Shown in pieces: positions 62,286 to 64,000 of a stretch of DNA of 64,000 nt. A program made the translations under genes and the position numbers. The stretch comes from Mobula birostris. Its lineage: Eukaryota. The DNA is taken from the NCBI RefSeq assembly GCF_030028105.1, contig NC_092382.1, positions 101,014,699 to 101,078,698 of the forward strand, in the 5' to 3' direction. Position 1 is the stretch's first letter, and every line of letters starts with the position of its first letter. The notes beneath the pieces are model-generated. The model searched no databases. It was not told the DNA's origin and saw only the letters and a program-made list of their open reading frames with translations.

Positions 62286-62324
62286 CACGGCGGCGCCGAT
62301 AGGTACAGGAGCGCGACAAAAACC
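62286..62324 (+). promoter_or_regulatory. 23-RSS of V13
   Basis: CACGGCG + 23 nt + ACAAAAACC. Confidence 0.9.
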
Positions 62325-64000
62325 CCCAGAAGCGCGAGAGTCAGGGGAGCGGAAGCAAACTGGAGGGCTGCAAGATTATTCGCAGAACAAAGAAGTCGAA
62401 GTCAAACTTAGTTTCGTAAAGAAAAATCGCGAGACTCTTTTCTGGACATCTGCACAAATTCCTGTTGCACAGGTGCAGTGTAAAACGAACTTCCAGCAAC
62501 ATCAGAGACACAAAGCTCGCCAGAAAAAAAAACAATTAAACATTAATTATACACATTGATTGTAGTACGCAACACGTTAAAAATGGAACAGTGTCCATAC
62601 TAGAGCAAAATGATGCTGTACAAAGGTAACGATTTGGTTTGTGACATTCCCTTTGCCCTGAATGTTTCAAGGGAAGTAATTGTTCCCGAACCTGGCCGTG
62701 TGAGAACTGACACCTTCTGTACCTACAGTCCAATAGGGTGTGCGAGAGGACGGCGTGGTGCAGATGGCTGGGGGGGGGGCGGGGTAGGGGTGGTGGATGC
62801 TGTGCTGGAGGAAGCAGCCAACTTGAGGCTGCGACTGCTGTGTGTACGCCCGATGGTGGGGAGGGATGTGCTCGGGGTGAATAGGGCAGGGACAACTAAT
62901 CCTTGTGGTTTGTTGCTCTCCTGTGCGTGCGATTTGCAAAACCGGATGCAATTTCAAATTTGCCGGAGTGCGCGTTAGCATTCTGAGAAAGTAAAACGAC
63001 TGACGCCGATTTGTGGCCGTTGCCCCTCTCGCAATAGAATGCTTGGACCCAAGTGTTGGGGGATCCGAGGCTGGAATGACGATGCGAGACTGAAGCGAGA
63101 ACAGACAACTGCACTAGAGGCTAGACGATAATCTAAGTTGAGTTGACGATTGGGTACAGGAGATAGGGTGTTATGTTGAATTTGAATAAGACGTTGCAGA
63201 GCCCTAATTTAAAGTATCGGGCGAAGATTTTTTTTTTTCATCTACCTGCAGGAAGCGTCTGAGTACGACCGAAAGTAAAATTTACAAGAACGTCTCCGGG
63301 ATTCGGGGACCATAGTTATAAGTTAAGACTTTATTGCTTGGAATGCGGGATTTGAGAGAGGTAGACCAAATTATGAGGATAAGTAGAAGCAGTAATGGTA
63401 GTAGTAGCCGTAGATGCCAGGGGATCGATCAGTATTTCGCGACTCTGGTGAACAGCATCCACTCAAGGACGCCTGGGCGGGAACATTTACAGAACCAGCT
63501 GTTGCCCAGACACCGGCTTCCTCACGTCACTGAGTCTAAGGGAAGGGCAATCGCGGCTACAGGTTGAAGTTGCCAGAGTAAGGTTGCAAACAACATCAAA
63601 CTTCCTTCGGGACCCTGGCTCCGGAATTCCTCCTCGGGGCCTACTCCCGAAGCCTATCCAATGGGTGCGTATGGCCGGAAGACAGTGGAGGTGTAAAAAC
63701 AGAGTTTTCCATCTCCCAGGCGGGCTGCTGTCGAAGGCTGACGAGCGTCACCTGCCCGAGAATGAGGGGTACAGCGAGCGTAAATGCAGGCAGGATTTTA
63801 TACAGAGGCTGGATGGGGCGACGCGAGGAAATGGCCTGAGGGTGAAAGTTGAAATGTTTAAGGGGAACATCAGAGGAAACGTCTGTAGTCAGAAGATGTA
63901 GAAGGAGCAGAGAGCGCAAATGGTGCATGAGATTTCGAAATCAACGTTTCAGAGATGGTACTTCAGGTACGTTTGACAGAAGTATGGAGGGCATTTGCTC

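Noticed and set aside
1-64000. Prokaryotic systems (CRISPR arrays, operons, defence islands)
   Set aside because: Spliceosomal introns, RSSs, LINEs and microsatellites show vertebrate DNA; no repeat-spacer array is present.
1-64000. NAR-TCR, IgH-like V, or D/J/C segments
   Set aside because: Every resolved V has its own leader. I saw no 12-spacer RSS, no FGXG J motif with RSS and no C exon. By-eye scanning could miss a very short D.

Overview
Eukaryotic (vertebrate) genomic DNA, not prokaryotic. The window is part of an antigen-receptor variable-gene array, best interpreted as the T-cell receptor beta (TRB) V region. The host is probably a cartilaginous fish; this is inferred from V-family character and the CR1/Penelope/Rex1/Tc1 repeat landscape and was not verified by search. 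I resolve 13 V gene segments, each with a leader exon, a phase-1 GT-AG intron and a V exon (C23, WYRQ, YxC). Twelve are followed by a heptamer at the V end; eleven of these have a 23-bp spacer and a near-consensus nonamer. Nine V genes are on the minus strand and four on the plus strand. Three are clear pseudogenes (C104F, a nonsense codon, deletions) and one has an intact ORF but a destroyed nonamer. No D, J or C segments were found. Between the V genes are CR1 LINEs (one near-complete ORF2), Penelope-like fragments carrying minimal hammerhead ribozyme motifs, Rex1, Tc1, a HERO/R2-type endonuclease fragment, solo LTRs, tRNA-SINEs, microsatellites and a 282-N gap. The most notable observations are co-oriented CTCF motifs (two 40 bp beyond RSSs), ETS-CRE composite V promoters, germline non-canonical cysteines, mixed V orientation, and a hairpin element with a hammerhead core at its apex.
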